A stretch of DNA of 64,000 bases from an uncultured beta proteobacterium (GTDB taxonomy: Bacteria; Pseudomonadota; Gammaproteobacteria; Burkholderiales; Casimicrobiaceae). The notes beneath the pieces are model-generated. The model made no database searches, was not told where the DNA came from, and was given only the letters and a program-made list of their open reading frames with translations. Below, one piece after another: positions 1 through 10,600 of this stretch. The stretch lies in NCBI GenBank assembly GCA_963768535.1, contig CAVYID010000010.1, positions 28,132 to 92,131 on the forward strand, read 5' to 3'. The first letter of the stretch is position 1. Each line of letters begins with the position of its first letter. The position numbers and the translations under genes were made by a program.

Positions 1-772
1 TGAGCTCGAAGCCGACCAGCCGGTCGCCCAGCGCGGACTTCAGGTCGCGCAGCAGGCTCACCGCGGCACCGACGTCGGCCACCGCCGCCAGCGCCGTCGC
101 GCGCACCTGCGGGGCCGGGAAAAGCTTCAGCACCGCCGCGGTGACGATCCCCAGCGTGCCCTCGGCGCCGATGAACAGCTGCTTCAGGTCGTAGCCGGTA
201 TTGTCCTTGCGCAGGCCGCGCAGCCCGTCCCAGACACGCCCGTCGGCCAGTACGGCCTCGACGCCCAGCACCAGCTCGCGGGTGTTGCCATAGCGCAGCA
301 CGGCGGTGCCGCCGGCGTTGGTCGACAGGTTGCCGCCGATGGTGCAGCTGCCCTCCGCCGCGAGCGACAGCGGGAACAGCATGCCGGCGTCGGCGGCCGC
401 CTGCTGCACTGCGGCGAGCGTCATTCCGGCCTCCACGGTGAGCGTGGCGTTGTCCCGGTCGACGGCACGCACGCGGTTCATCCGGGCCAGCGACAGGACG
501 ATCGCCGCACCGCCTTCGTCCGGCGTCGCGCCGCCGCACTGGCCGGTGTTCCCGCCTTGCGGCACGATCGGCACTTCTGCGTCGGCGCAGGCAGCCACGA
601 CAGCGGCAACCTCGGCGGTCGACCGCGGGCGGACGATTGCCCGGGCGCAGCCCCGGAAGCGCCCGCGCCAGTCGGTCAGGTACGGCGCGACGTCCGCGGC
701 GGCGGTAAGGACGTGCGCCGCCCCGACCACGCCCGCGAGGCGTGCTTCGAGGGTTGCGCGATTGTCCATCAT
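1..772 (-). CDS. FAD-linked oxidase (GlcD / D-2-hydroxyacid dehydrogenase family), N-terminal part; the gene runs off the left edge
   Basis: Absent from the ORF track because there is no stop in the window. Reverse-strand translation from ATG 772/769 reads MMDNRATLEARLAGVVGAAHVLTAAADVAPYLTDWRGRF...VPIVPQGGNTGQCGGATP...GGNLSTNAGGTAVLRYGNTRELVLG...KDNTGYDLKQLFIGAEGTLGIVT. This is a typical FAD_binding_4 oxidase signature. Confidence 0.8.
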   Translation of the reverse strand, partial: MMDNRATLEARLAGVVGAAHVLTAAADVAPYLTDWRGRFRGCARAIVRPRSTAEVAAVVAACADAEVPIVPQGGNTGQCGGATPDEGGAAIVLSLARMNRVRAVDRDNATLTVEAGMTLAAVQQAAADAGMLFPLSLAAEGSCTIGGNLSTNAGGTAVLRYGNTRELVLGVEAVLADGRVWDGLRGLRKDNTGYDLKQLFIGAEGTLGIVTAAVLKLFPAPQVRATALAAVADVGAAVSLLRDLKSALGDRLVGFEL

Positions 773-858
773 GAACGAGGATAATAGCGAAAAGCCCCGT
801 CCGACGCATCGGAACGGCAACGACTGCCCGGAAATCCTCCCGCCTCCAAGGAGTTGCC

Positions 859-1257
859 ATGAATCCGCCCCCCTCGAACCCGTCGTCGCCACCGGCGGCG
901 TTTCCGTTCACGCCGCAGGATGCGCTTGAGTTCATGCAGAAGATGTGGAATCCGCTCGGCGTGCCGATCCCGGGTTTCGGGCCTGCGGGGGCGCCGATGG
1001 GGGGCCAGCCCGGGGCGATGCCGTTTCCGAATCCGGCGGCGATGTTCGCCACCCTCGACCCGGCCGAACTGGACCGCAAGATCGCCGAGATGAGGGTGAT
1101 CGAGAACTGGCTGACGATGACCCTCAACCTGATGCAGATGAGCATCAAGACCATGGAATTGCAGAAGGCATCGCTCGAGGCGCTGCGCGCTGCCCAGGCC
1201 CCGCCGGCCGCGCCGGCGGCGCCGCCCGGCGGCGCCGCACCGCGCCGGAAATCCTGA
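859..1257 (+). CDS. phaM: PhaM-like polyhydroxyalkanoate granule-associated protein
   Basis: 132-aa ORF with the motif FMQKMWNP...LDPAELDRKIAEMRVIENWLTMTLNLMQMSIKTMELQK and an Ala/Pro/Lys-rich tail, as in PhaM-family proteins of Burkholderiales. Confidence 0.7.
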   Translation: MNPPPSNPSSPPAAFPFTPQDALEFMQKMWNPLGVPIPGFGPAGAPMGGQPGAMPFPNPAAMFATLDPAELDRKIAEMRVIENWLTMTLNLMQMSIKTMELQKASLEALRAAQAPPAAPAAPPGGAAPRRKS

Positions 1258-1344
1258 CTCGCCTCGATTCGCGTTCTTCACGCTTCGCGCCGGGGGGACG
1301 CGCCGAACCGGGTGCGCGTCCCGCGGCAGCCCGTCGCGGGACCG

Positions 1345-3184
1345 TCAGGCGCCCGGCCCCAGCCACTCCCCGCGCAGCTCTGCCGCGGCAGTCGGCGCCG
1401 CGGCATCCGGTTCCAGCCAGCACGTGTCCTGCGGTGCGTCCGCGAGCGTCAGCGGCACCGTGTAGAGCTCGTCGCGCCGGAACGCGTAGACCGCGAGCGT
1501 GTCGCCGGCTGCGCGCGTTTCGCGCAACCGGTCGATCGATGCCGCCGTGGCACGCAGGCCGTCGATGGCCACCAGCGCGTCGCCCGCCGCCAGACCCGCG
1601 CGCTCGGCCGGGCCCCCGGTGAAGACATGCCGCAGCCGCGCCTCGGCGCCGGGCGCTAGCTCGAATCCGAAGGTCGTCCTTGCCGTGCCGGCGATGCCGT
1701 TGCCCGCCGTGCTCGGCCCCGCATCGCCGCCCTCGTCGCGCGCGTTTCTCGCCGCCCGGAGCTTCAGCGTCACGCCGACGGTGGCCAGCAGTTCGGCGAG
1801 CGGGAGATCCCCGGTGCCGTCGACGTGGCGGTCGAAGAAGGCGCGAAGGTCGGTGCCGGCCAGCTCGCTCGCCAGCGCGGCGATGCCGTCCTCCGGCACG
1901 CCGATGCCCGGACGGCCATGGCGCTGCCACAGCGCGCGCATCACGGCGTCGAGCGAGGTGCCGTGCGCGCGCAGCGTCAGATCCAGCGCCAGCGCTACCA
2001 GCGAGCCCTTGGCGTAGTAGCTCACCACCGCGTTCGGCGTGTTCTCGTCGCGGCGGTAGAACTTGATCCACGCGTCGAAGCTCGACTCCGCGACGCTCTG
2101 GACGTGCCGCCCGGGGTTGCGCAGCACCGACGTGATGGCGCGGCCGAGCAGCTCCAGGTAGCTCCTTCGCGTCGATCACGCCGCTGCGCACCAACGCGAG
2201 GTCGTCGTAGTACGACGTGATCCCTTCGAAGGCCCACAGCTGCCGCGTGTAGTTCTCGGCGCCGAGCGCGTAGGGGGTGAACGCTGCCGGCTTGATGCGC
2301 TTGACGTTCCACGCATGGAAGTACTCGTGGCTCGCGAGCCCGAGCAGTCGGCGGTAGCCGGCGGTGACGCGCGCGATGCCCGGCTGCGGCAACTCGTCGC
2401 GGCTGCACAGCAGGCTGGTGCCGGTCCGGTGCTCGAGCCCGCCGTAGCCGTCGCCGACGGCGGCGACCTGGAACAGGTAGCGGTCGAACGGCGCACGGCT
2501 GCCCGGCGCGCCGCCGAAGAGATCGCAGTGCCACTGGCAGATCCGGGCGAGGTCGCGGGCGAGCCGGTCGAGATCGGCTCGCTGCCGCCCGCTCACCGCG
2601 ACGTCGTGCCGCGCGCCGCCCGCTTCGAACGACGCGACGGCAAAGTCGCTCATCTCGACCGGGTGGTCGATCAGTTCGTCGTAATCCGCGGCGCGATAGC
2701 GGCCGAAGCCGGCGGCAGAGGTCTCGGCGGGCGAAAGCGTCGTCGCCACCCGCCAGGCGCGGCCGGCTTCGTGCGGCGGCGCCACGATCTCCACCTCGCA
2801 GCGGCGGTGCTCGCGTCCTTCCGCGCACAGGAACACCGAAGGGCCGTTGAAGTAGCCGCGGGCTGCGTCGAGGTACGCGGTGCGCACCGACAGGTCGAAG
2901 GCGTAGACCTCGGCGATCACCGTCACCGGCGTCGCGCAGGGCGCCGTCCGCCAGGTGTCCTTGGCCTCCTTGGCGACGGCCAGCGGCCGGCCCTGCGTTT
3001 CGGCACGGACGGCGACGAAGTGGCGCGCGAACTCGCGGACGAGGTAGCTGCCGGGAATCCACACGGGAAGGCGAAAGCGCTGTCCGCCGGCGTCCGGATC
3101 GGCGACGGTGCATCGGACCTCGAACAGGTGCGCGTGCGGGTCGAGCGGCGCGATGCGATAGACGATGGGAACCGCGGGGCTCAT
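1345..3184 (-). CDS. M61 glycyl aminopeptidase with C-terminal PDZ domain; reading frame broken once
   Basis: The N-terminal part comes from ORF 1145..3184 (HEYFHAWNVKRIKP Zn motif). The C-terminal part comes from ORF 1345..2127 (FDAWIKFYRRDENTPN..., PDZ-like GLAAGDALVAIDG). The two parts join if one extra base near 2161 is removed (..VIDAKE|YLELLGRAITSVLRNPGRH..). Confidence 0.85.
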
Positions 3185-3206
3185 GGCAGTGGCGCAGGCG
3201 AGGGGA

Positions 3207-3689
3207 TCACGAGACGATGTACGCCGCGGCGCCCGTCGACAGCAGGGTGCCGTCGGCGCCGAGGAACTCCATGCGGGTCGAGGCGACCCGCGAGCCGATC
3301 CGCATCACCTCGGCGCGCAGTTCGAAGTGGTCGCCGATCCCCGGGCGCACGTAGTCGACGCGCAGATCGATGGTGCCGACCCGGGAGAAGCGCGCGAGGC
3401 GCTGCGGCACCGACTCGTCCATGTGGCGCGCGCCCAGCGCGGCCATCACCGCCAGGCCGGCCATTGCGTCCAGCCCCGCGCTGATCACGCCGCCGTGGAG
3501 GCGGTTGTAGGCAAAATGCCCGACCAGTTCGTCGCGCATGTCGATGCGCCCGCTGACGCGTTCGGGCTTGAGCGACGTGATCCGGAGCCCCAGTACCCGA
3601 TTGAAGACGATCTTCTCCTCGAAGATGGCCTTGAGGCCGGCGATGAACTCGGGCTCGAACTCGGCAGGGAGGACAACTTGTCTGGACAT
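3207..3689 (-). CDS. hotdog-fold (PaaI-like) thioesterase
   Basis: Start chosen at MSRQVVLPAEF (ATG 3689). Core motif HFAYNRLHGGVISAGLDAMAGLAV. The upstream part of ORF 3207..3884 is Arg/Ala-rich, looks like a GC artefact and is excluded. Confidence 0.75.
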   Translation of the reverse strand: MSRQVVLPAEFEPEFIAGLKAIFEEKIVFNRVLGLRITSLKPERVSGRIDMRDELVGHFAYNRLHGGVISAGLDAMAGLAVMAALGARHMDESVPQRLARFSRVGTIDLRVDYVRPGIGDHFELRAEVMRIGSRVASTRMEFLGADGTLLSTGAAAYIVS

Positions 3690-4037
3690 GGAGGCAACGG
3701 TGGTGGCGCCGGCGGCTGACGAACCCCGCATTCTGGCACGATCGCGGCCGCCGCCGTGACGCGTGCCTCGGGCCGGCGACGGGATCGGCTTCACGGCGGC
3801 TGCTCTCCGCCACCGCGGGGCTGCAGTCGCGGATTCAGCGGCGCGACTGGTCGCGGGGAAGCGCTTCCCGGAGCCCGGCGCCACCGCGCCGTACTATCAT
3901 CACCGATACGACCGGCCGTCGCGCTGCGGTCGCCATGCGCCCGGCCGTTGCCGCGAAGCGGAGGCTTCGTGCAATTCCGGCGCGGCGACCCGCGGCGTCG
4001 GCCGAATGACCGTCCGGTTTCGGGAGCGAGGACTGCT

Positions 4038-4448
4038 ATGCGCGGCACCACCTGGTATTCACTATTCGCCAAGAGAGCGTCGCATTTCTGCGGCCGGCCC
4101 AGAGTCTTCACGCTGGCCGTCGTCATCATCATCGTCTGGGTCGCCACCGGTCCCGTGTTCCGCTACAGCGACACGTGGCAGCTCGTCATCAACACCGGCA
4201 CGACCATCGTCACGTTCCTGATGGTCTTCCTCATCCAGAACACCCAGAACCGCGACACCGAGGCGATCCAGGTGAAGCTCGACGAGCTGATCCGGGCCAC
4301 CCGGGGCGCCCACAACGCGCTGCTTGACCTCGAGGAACTGGAGGAGGATAGCCTCGACGCGTTCCGGACCCGATATCAGGCGCTGGCAACCGCGGCGCGC
4401 GCCGAGCTCAGCCGCGGCGACATCGATACCGGTACGCCGGAGCCGTGA
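4038..4448 (+). CDS. low-affinity iron permease family membrane protein
   Basis: MRGTTWYSLFAKRASHFCGRPRVFTLAVVIIIVWVATGPVFRYSDTWQLVINTGTTIVTFLMVFLIQNTQNRDTEAIQVKLDELI matches the conserved core of the low-affinity Fe permease family. Start at ATG 4038. Confidence 0.7.
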   Translation: MRGTTWYSLFAKRASHFCGRPRVFTLAVVIIIVWVATGPVFRYSDTWQLVINTGTTIVTFLMVFLIQNTQNRDTEAIQVKLDELIRATRGAHNALLDLEELEEDSLDAFRTRYQALATAARAELSRGDIDTGTPEP

Positions 4449-4621
4449 GCGATCGGGAGGTGTGGCGTGGCCACTCGTTCCAACTGCGTTTCATGGTCGA
4501 GTCTGCCGCGAGGCTCGGAGACGATGCCCTACCGGCTTGGCAGACGAGCTCCACGTCGCCCTCCATCGAATCCTGACGGTCCCGCGGGCGCGCGGAAGCG
4601 ACGCCTACGCCGATGGATTAC

Positions 4622-4666
4622 TGGCGCCCGAGAGACGAATCGAACGTCCGACCTGCCCCTTACGAG
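4622..4666 (-). other. tRNA 3'-half-like fragment (anticodon-loop-like CUCGUAA, variable loop, T-arm, acceptor 3' strand, CCA); possible att remnant
   Basis: The reverse strand reads ctcgtaaggggcaggtcGGACGttcgattCGTCTctcgggcgCCA. The T-arm and CCA end are well formed, but no complementary 5' acceptor strand or D-arm is present upstream. It lies 185 bp from the integrase stub. Confidence 0.45.
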
Positions 4667-4850
4667 TTGGGCCAGACCGGACTTGACGGTCTTCCTTTGT
4701 CCGCCGTTTAACTCATTTTGTCGTTGGTAAATAGAACGTTACATTGCGTTCTTAATCTAATGGGTAACAATCGAGTTCCACGGCACTTAACGCGCAAGGG
4801 GGCACCGCGGGGGCACCGGCACCGCGACCTCGAGCGCCAAGGAGAACACC

Positions 4851-5150
4851 ATGGCGACCACGTCGCGCTTGAACTTTACCAAGACCGCCCTCGCCGCACT
4901 GCCCCCGGCCGCACCGGGTACGCGGCGCGCCTGCTTCGATACCAAGACCCGGGGGCTGACGCTGCTGGTCACGCCCACGGGCAGGAAGAGCTTCTACGTG
5001 CGCCGCAAGATCGAGGGCCGTTCGGAGCGGCTCAGCATTGGTCGGTTCCCGGAGTGGAGTGTTGAGCGGGCGAGGGCGCGCGCCGATGACGTCAACGCCC
5101 GCGTGGGGCGCGGGGAGAACCCGGCTGTTGGTGCGTGGAGGGGAAGATAG
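4851..5150 (+). pseudogene. tyrosine integrase, N-terminal arm-binding (DUF4102-like) fragment only
   Basis: FTKTALAALPPAAPGTRRACFDTKTRGLTLLVTPTGRKSFYVRRKIEGRSERLSIGRFPEWSVERARARADDV resembles the N-terminus of P4-type integrases. It stops after 99 aa, and the catalytic domain is missing. Confidence 0.75.
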
Positions 5151-5203
5151 ACTGGGATTCGGGGGAGGTGTGGGATTGGGCGACCTTGCCGACATTGTCG
5201 TGC

Positions 5204-5425
5204 TCAGCCGTCGCCCAGGTCCTCGGGACCTTGGAGTTTCCCGCGGACGTCCGCGACCAGCGGAATCGTCGTGATGATGCCGATCGCCAGCAGCGTCCAG
5301 CCGAGGGCGCGGCGCGTTTCCGGCTTGAGCCGGTCGCCCAGCAGCAACGCGAGGCCCGCGCCGGCGGCTGCGCGCGTGCCGGCGACAGCGGCGATTTCAG
5401 GAAGCGTGAGTGAAGCGTGTTTCAT
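5204..5425 (-). CDS. small (73 aa) two-helix membrane protein, function unknown
   Basis: ORF preceded by a strong Shine-Dalgarno (SD) sequence (aaggaggtagcccATG). Two hydrophobic segments (IAAVAGTRAAAGAGLALLLG, GWTLLAIGIITTIPLVA). Confidence 0.45.
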   Translation of the reverse strand: MKHASLTLPEIAAVAGTRAAAGAGLALLLGDRLKPETRRALGWTLLAIGIITTIPLVADVRGKLQGPEDLGDG

Positions 5426-5983
5426 GGGCTACCTCCTTCGGGTTGAAGCGCGAGCGGTCGGTCCGACCATCATCGCGCCGATGGTCACCGTGAACAAGGG
5501 CACCGTGGACGCGCTGCTTCGGGCTTGGTACGAGGTCGGGTACCGACTCCGCCGGCGGCGCCTGACGGTCTTGACCGATACCGGCCATTCGGCGAAGCCG
5601 GGGCGACGGCGGTCACCGTCCAGGACCTGCCGTAGATATCTGCGCTCAATACCGGGCGCTCGACCCCGAACGAGGCTCGTCGATCTCCGCACCGCCGGCC
5701 TACGGGTTTGATCAGCGCATCGCGTGGTAACCCCGAGTGTCGACCGCCAACCGCGCCCGACGCCGGGCCGGCGCACACCCGCCGCCGCCCGGCACGTGGC
5801 GCGAAGTCGTTGTCGTTCGTAAGACACCCGCACCCGGTGCCGCCGTAGCCCCGCCGCGACGCCGTATCGGCGCCATGCCGCCGGGTGATTGTTGGCCGAC
5901 GTCACCCTTTGTGTGTGATACCGAACAGACTGATGACGGCCCAGAAACCCACCATCGGAACGTCAATCGAGAGGAGGGTCGTC

Positions 5984-7261
5984 ATGAATCCTGCGATGCA
6001 CCGAGGATTGTTGGCACTGCTGTCCGGAGTGGTAATCGCGATCGCCGGATGCGGCGGGGGTGGCGGCACCGGCGGAGACACGACCGGGGTTCCCGAACCT
6101 ACAGACGTCGTTCCGGCGCTCGCGCTCGCCGGCCCCTTCGCCGTTGCCTGCAGCAACGTAACGCAGGATTTCAGCAGGGTTGAATCCGGCGACAACGTCC
6201 AGGACTACTGGGAAGGCGTTCCCGCATCCAGTGGCAAGCAACGCTACGCCACGGACCTGCTGTCCGACCCCGCGAATACGCTCACAGTGCACATGGTTGC
6301 CCCGAACGACCGCGGTCTCTACGGGTCGTTTGCGGGTAAGCCGGTCACCTTTGTCGTCGTCGCATGCTATCCGACGATCGACGGCAATCCGCGCCCGGAC
6401 TATCCGCTACCGACCGGCAAGATCGTGCCGCACATGCAGATCGGGTCGGACGGTCCTCTATTTGCCGACGCCGCGGCGCGCTACCCCATGCTGGTGTTCT
6501 CCCACGGCTATTCCGGCAGCCCGCTTTCCAACGACCACATCGCCGCGCTTTCCGTGTTCGCGAGCTATGGCTACGTCGTCATAGCCCCGTTTCACGGTGA
6601 TCCGCGGTTTGCAGACCTGAAGGTCGAGAATTTCGGCGACGCCGTGACCCTCCTGACGCACCTGACCGATTTCACCGCGCTCCAGGCGATGCGACCGCTG
6701 ACGCTGTCGGCCGCGATCGATCTGGTGGTCGCGCATCCGCAATGGCGCGACCACGTCGACGTGACGCGCATCGGCGGCTTCGGAGCGAGCATGGGGGGCG
6801 AATCGGTGATGCTGATGGCGGGTGCCGGTCTTACTACGTCGGCGGGACTGTCATGGACCCAGATCGAGAACGACCCGCGCCTCAGTGCGGCCGTCGGCTA
6901 CGTTCCCTATTTTGGAGAGCCGTTTCTCCCTGCCTTCGGGCGCGATGGTCACGGACTGGACGACGTCACGCTGCCGTACCTGGCAATCGGTGGCGGTGGC
7001 GACACGACGGCGCCGGTCATCATGGCGGAACAGGGCCTCGGACGCCTCGCAGGAACGCGCGAGCTCGTGGTTCTGAACAACGTAAAGCACGGTTTCGACG
7101 TTGCTTCGACCAACGACATCTTCACGTGGTCCCTCGTCTTCCTCGATGCGGAAGTGCGCGGCAACGCTGCCGCGCGCCGGCAGTTGTCGACGATGGCCAG
7201 CGTGGCCGGAGGTGGCGACGATCACGTCGTCCTCCGGTACAACGGTCCGCTTGCGCCCTGA
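5984..7261 (+). CDS. lipoprotein alpha/beta hydrolase (PAF-acetylhydrolase/dienelactone-hydrolase-like)
   Basis: Start at ATG 5984 after gaggaggg. Lipobox LLSGVVIAIAGC. Nucleophile elbow GFGASMGG. LVFSHGYSG oxyanion-type motif. Confidence 0.75.
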   Translation: MNPAMHRGLLALLSGVVIAIAGCGGGGGTGGDTTGVPEPTDVVPALALAGPFAVACSNVTQDFSRVESGDNVQDYWEGVPASSGKQRYATDLLSDPANTLTVHMVAPNDRGLYGSFAGKPVTFVVVACYPTIDGNPRPDYPLPTGKIVPHMQIGSDGPLFADAAARYPMLVFSHGYSGSPLSNDHIAALSVFASYGYVVIAPFHGDPRFADLKVENFGDAVTLLTHLTDFTALQAMRPLTLSAAIDLVVAHPQWRDHVDVTRIGGFGASMGGESVMLMAGAGLTTSAGLSWTQIENDPRLSAAVGYVPYFGEPFLPAFGRDGHGLDDVTLPYLAIGGGGDTTAPVIMAEQGLGRLAGTRELVVLNNVKHGFDVASTNDIFTWSLVFLDAEVRGNAAARRQLSTMASVAGGGDDHVVLRYNGPLAP

Positions 7262-8083
7262 GTCGCTTGCCGGACCAGCAGGTCTGCTTCCTGGCGTCAT
7301 CGGCGGCGTCCTTCGCTTCGCCCGGAGTACCCGGTACTCAGGGCCTGGTACGAGGCACGCGGTGACGTCGCCGGCAATTGGCGGGGTACGAGGTTCCAGG
7401 TGTCCGCCCATGGCTGCTGCTGCGCGCTGGACTTCGAGGGCTTCAGTGAGAGTTCGCCCGCGGCCTGCGACCGATCATTGCGGCCGGCTTCCCTTCATCA
7501 TCCTGTCGCCCAACTCCGCAACAGTGGCCGCCTGCGCCCTGCCAGGCAAACCGAGAACACCAACGATGCCGGGTATCACCAGCCGCCGGCATCGTCGATC
7601 CCGGTGAGCGGTCCGGCTCATTGCCTCGCCCGAGCACTCATGGCGTCACTCAGATTGGGACAGACAGCTACGTCGCGATGATGCCGGGGTCAAGCAGCCG
7701 CCCAAACACGTCCCCGTCGAAACCATTGCTCTGTGTGCGACACCGCACAGACCACCGAGCGGTTCAATCTCAAGGTTTCTAGTGTACGGTCGATGTGGTT
7801 CAGTCCGACGGTCGGTCTTCGGCCGCGTACATCATCACCTGACGGAGAAATCATACGAACATTCCCGTCGAAACGAAGCCGGCGCTGCAACCGGGTGGCA
7901 CTCAACAAGCTCGACTCGTGGTCGCGTGGCGACTTCATCGAGATCCTCACGACCGACAGCGACTACTACCGTTATCTGAAGCGGTCCGAAGGCTCGAAAG
8001 CAGGTCCCACGCAACCCCGATGGCGCCGTCGCATCTGGGCAGACGAACGGATCAGGGAGGAATGTCCGAACGGGAGACGCGCA

Positions 8084-8998
8084 ATGAAGATAGTCGCCTT
8101 TGTGCTGGCCGGTGGCTGCGGCTCACGGCTTCTTCCCCTCACGGCTGAGCACGCCAAACCAGCACTCAAGTTCGTTGGTGGCTACCGGATCATCGACTTC
8201 GTTCTAAGCAATCGTGTCAACTCGGGAATCAGTTCCATCTACGTGCTGGCGCAATACAAGCCGCAGTCTCTTGTCGAGCATGTAAGGGCCAACTGGGCAC
8301 CTGAGCTGCGCCGTCTAGGCGGGTTCGTTCATGTAGAACTCTCCGACCCCGACTCGGCGTCGCGTTCGTTCCTGGGCACGGCAGATGCTGTCCACAAGAC
8401 CCTGCATCTCGGTGCGCGTCATGCACCGGACCTGCTGGCAATTTTCGCGGCCGACCATGTCTACCGCATGGACGTGTGTCAAATGACAGAAGCTCACGTG
8501 CAACGCAGGGCGGACGTCAGCGTGGCGACCATCCCGGTTCCCCTCCCACGGGCCAACGCGTTTGGCATCGTCAAGACACAGGACGACGGACGCATTCACG
8601 AGTTCCAGGAGAAGCCCGGGCATCCATGGCAAATGGCGGCACGGCCGGGTCACGCCTGTGCTTCGATGGGCAACTACCTGTTCGATCCGGTGGTCCTGAC
8701 AACGCTGCTGGAATCGGCGGCGAGCCGGGGCGAAACCGATTTCGGCCGGCACATTCTGCCGCGCGCGGCGGCGACCCACCGCGTCTACGCCTACGACTTC
8801 TCGAGCAACCGAGTGAAGGGAACCCTTCCGCATGAAGAACCCAACTACTGGCGCGATGTGGGAACGATCGAAGCATATCGGGCGGCGCAACAGGACGCGC
8901 TGGGACCGGCGCAGACTTTCAGCCTGGCGAACGAGTACTGGCCTATCGGTGGCGTTTCGCGCAGGGGAGAGGTCGATGGCGTTGCGGCTGTGCGGTGA
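8084..8998 (+). pseudogene. glucose-1-phosphate adenylyltransferase (GlgC)-like gene lacking the C-terminal left-handed beta-helix domain
   Basis: MKIVAFVLAGGCGSRLLPLTAEHAKPALKFVGGYRIIDFVLSN...GTADAV...YWRDVGTIEAY...EYWPI aligns with GlgC residues 1 to about 300. It is followed by a stop, with only 180 bp left before aspA. No continuation was found in any frame. Confidence 0.7.
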
Positions 8999-9178
8999 TG
9001 GCGAGGACAGGCCGGGAAACAAGACCGACCAATCCGGGGCACGACTCGGGGTACAGGGTTGACCGGGACGACAAACCTGCAGGCGAGCCTGCAAGCGAGC
9101 CTGCAGGAGGCAATGGCCCACCGGTTTCAGGCGTTCGTGGTCGCGTACCGACGACGAACCGAACCAAGGAGCGACATC

Positions 9179-10583
9179 ATGCCCTATCGAATCGAAAAGG
9201 ACTTCCTCGGCGACAAAGAGATTCCGGTCGACGCCTACTACGGCGTGCAGACGCTGCGCGGGAAGGAGAACTTCCACATCACCGGCATTCCGATGGCGAC
9301 GGAGCCGTACTTCGTCAAGGCGTTCGGTTACGTCAAGAAAGCCGCCGCACTCGCGAACCGCGACCTCGGCGTGCTCGATCAGAAGGTGGCCGACGCGATC
9401 GCCGTCGCCTGCGATCGGCTGATCGCAGGCGAGATGCGCGATCAGTTCGTCACCGACTTCATCCAGGGCGGGGCCGGGACGTCGACCAACATGAACGCGA
9501 ACGAGGTCATCGCCAACCTCGCGCTGGAGCATCTCGGCCGTACAAAGCGGCGAGTATCAGTACGTCAATCCGAACGATCACGTCAACTTCGGGCAGTCGA
9601 CCAACGACGTCTACCCGACCGCCTTCCGGCTCGCGCTGATCCTCCGGCTGGCGAGCTACATGGAGGCGCTGCGCCGGCTGCAGGGCGCGTTTTTCGCCAA
9701 GAGCGACGAATTCGCGAAGGTGCTCAAGATGGGCCGCACCCATCTGCAGGATGCGGTGCCGATGTCGCTCGGGCAGGAGTTCCACGGGTGGGGCACGACC
9801 ATCGGCGAGGAGGTCGAGCGCATCCGCGAGGTGCGCCAGTTCCTCCACGAGATCAACCTCGGCGCCACGGCCATCGGCACTTCCGTGACCGCCGCGCCCG
9901 ACTATCCTGAGCTTGCAACCCGCTACCTGTCGGAACTCACCGGGGTCAAGTTCATTCTCGCCGGCGACCTGGTCGAGGCGACCTCCGACACCGGCGCCTA
10001 CGTGCTGCTGTCCGGCGTGCTCAAGCGGACGTCGTCGAAGCTCACCAAGATCTGCAACGACCTCCGCCTGCTCGCGTCGGGACCGCGCTGTGGCTTCAAC
10101 GAGATCAACCTGCCGCAGATGCAGCCGGGCAGCTCGATCATGCCGGGCAAGGTGAACCCGGTGATTCCCGAGGTCGTCAACCAGGTGGGCTTCCTGGTGA
10201 TCGGACTCGACCTCACGGTGACGCTCGCCGCTTCGGCCGGCCAGCTGCAGCTCAACGTCATGGAGCCGGTCATCACGTTCGCGCTGTTCACGTCGATTTC
10301 GACGATGGAGAACGCGGTCAACAGCCTCACCGTCAATTGCATCGACGGCATCACCGCCAACGTCGAGCATTCGCGGGACATGGTGCTGAATTCGCTCGGC
10401 ATCGTGACCGCGCTGAAGACGACGCTCGGCTACAAGCAGTGCGCGGAGATTGCGCGCGAAGGCTACCTCACGGGCAAGTCGCTGCACGACATCGTGGTCA
10501 CGGAGCGCGGGCTGCTGACGCAGGAGAAATGGGACGAGGTATTCGCCTTCGAGAACCTGATCAGCCCGAAGTTCGAGCAGTGA
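9179..10583 (+). CDS. aspA: aspartate ammonia-lyase; frame broken once
   Basis: MPYRIEKDFLGDKEIPVDAYYGVQTLRGKENF...GGAGTSTNMNANEVIANLALEHLG in ORF 9059..9910. The rest is in ORF 9660..10583, with GEYQYVNPNDHVNFGQSTNDVYPTAF readable in that frame further upstream; it also carries GSSIMPGKVNPVIPE. One extra base near 9548. Confidence 0.9.
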
Positions 10584-10600
10584 ACGTTCCCTGGCCCAAC

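Noticed and set aside
4622-4720. A complete tRNA (or tmRNA 3' end) on the minus strand
   Set aside because: Only the 3' half folds. No 5' acceptor strand complementary to ctcgggc, and no D-arm, exists in the next 60 nt. The 3' end does not match the tmRNA consensus.
7262-8083. Possible gene in the 820-bp gap (track ORFs 7400..7681, 7690..7950, 7733..)
   Set aside because: No frame gives a motif or a convincing start. GC drops here, and the long 7733..8998 ORF only becomes GlgC-like from the ATG at 8084 onward. The region is probably decayed DNA.
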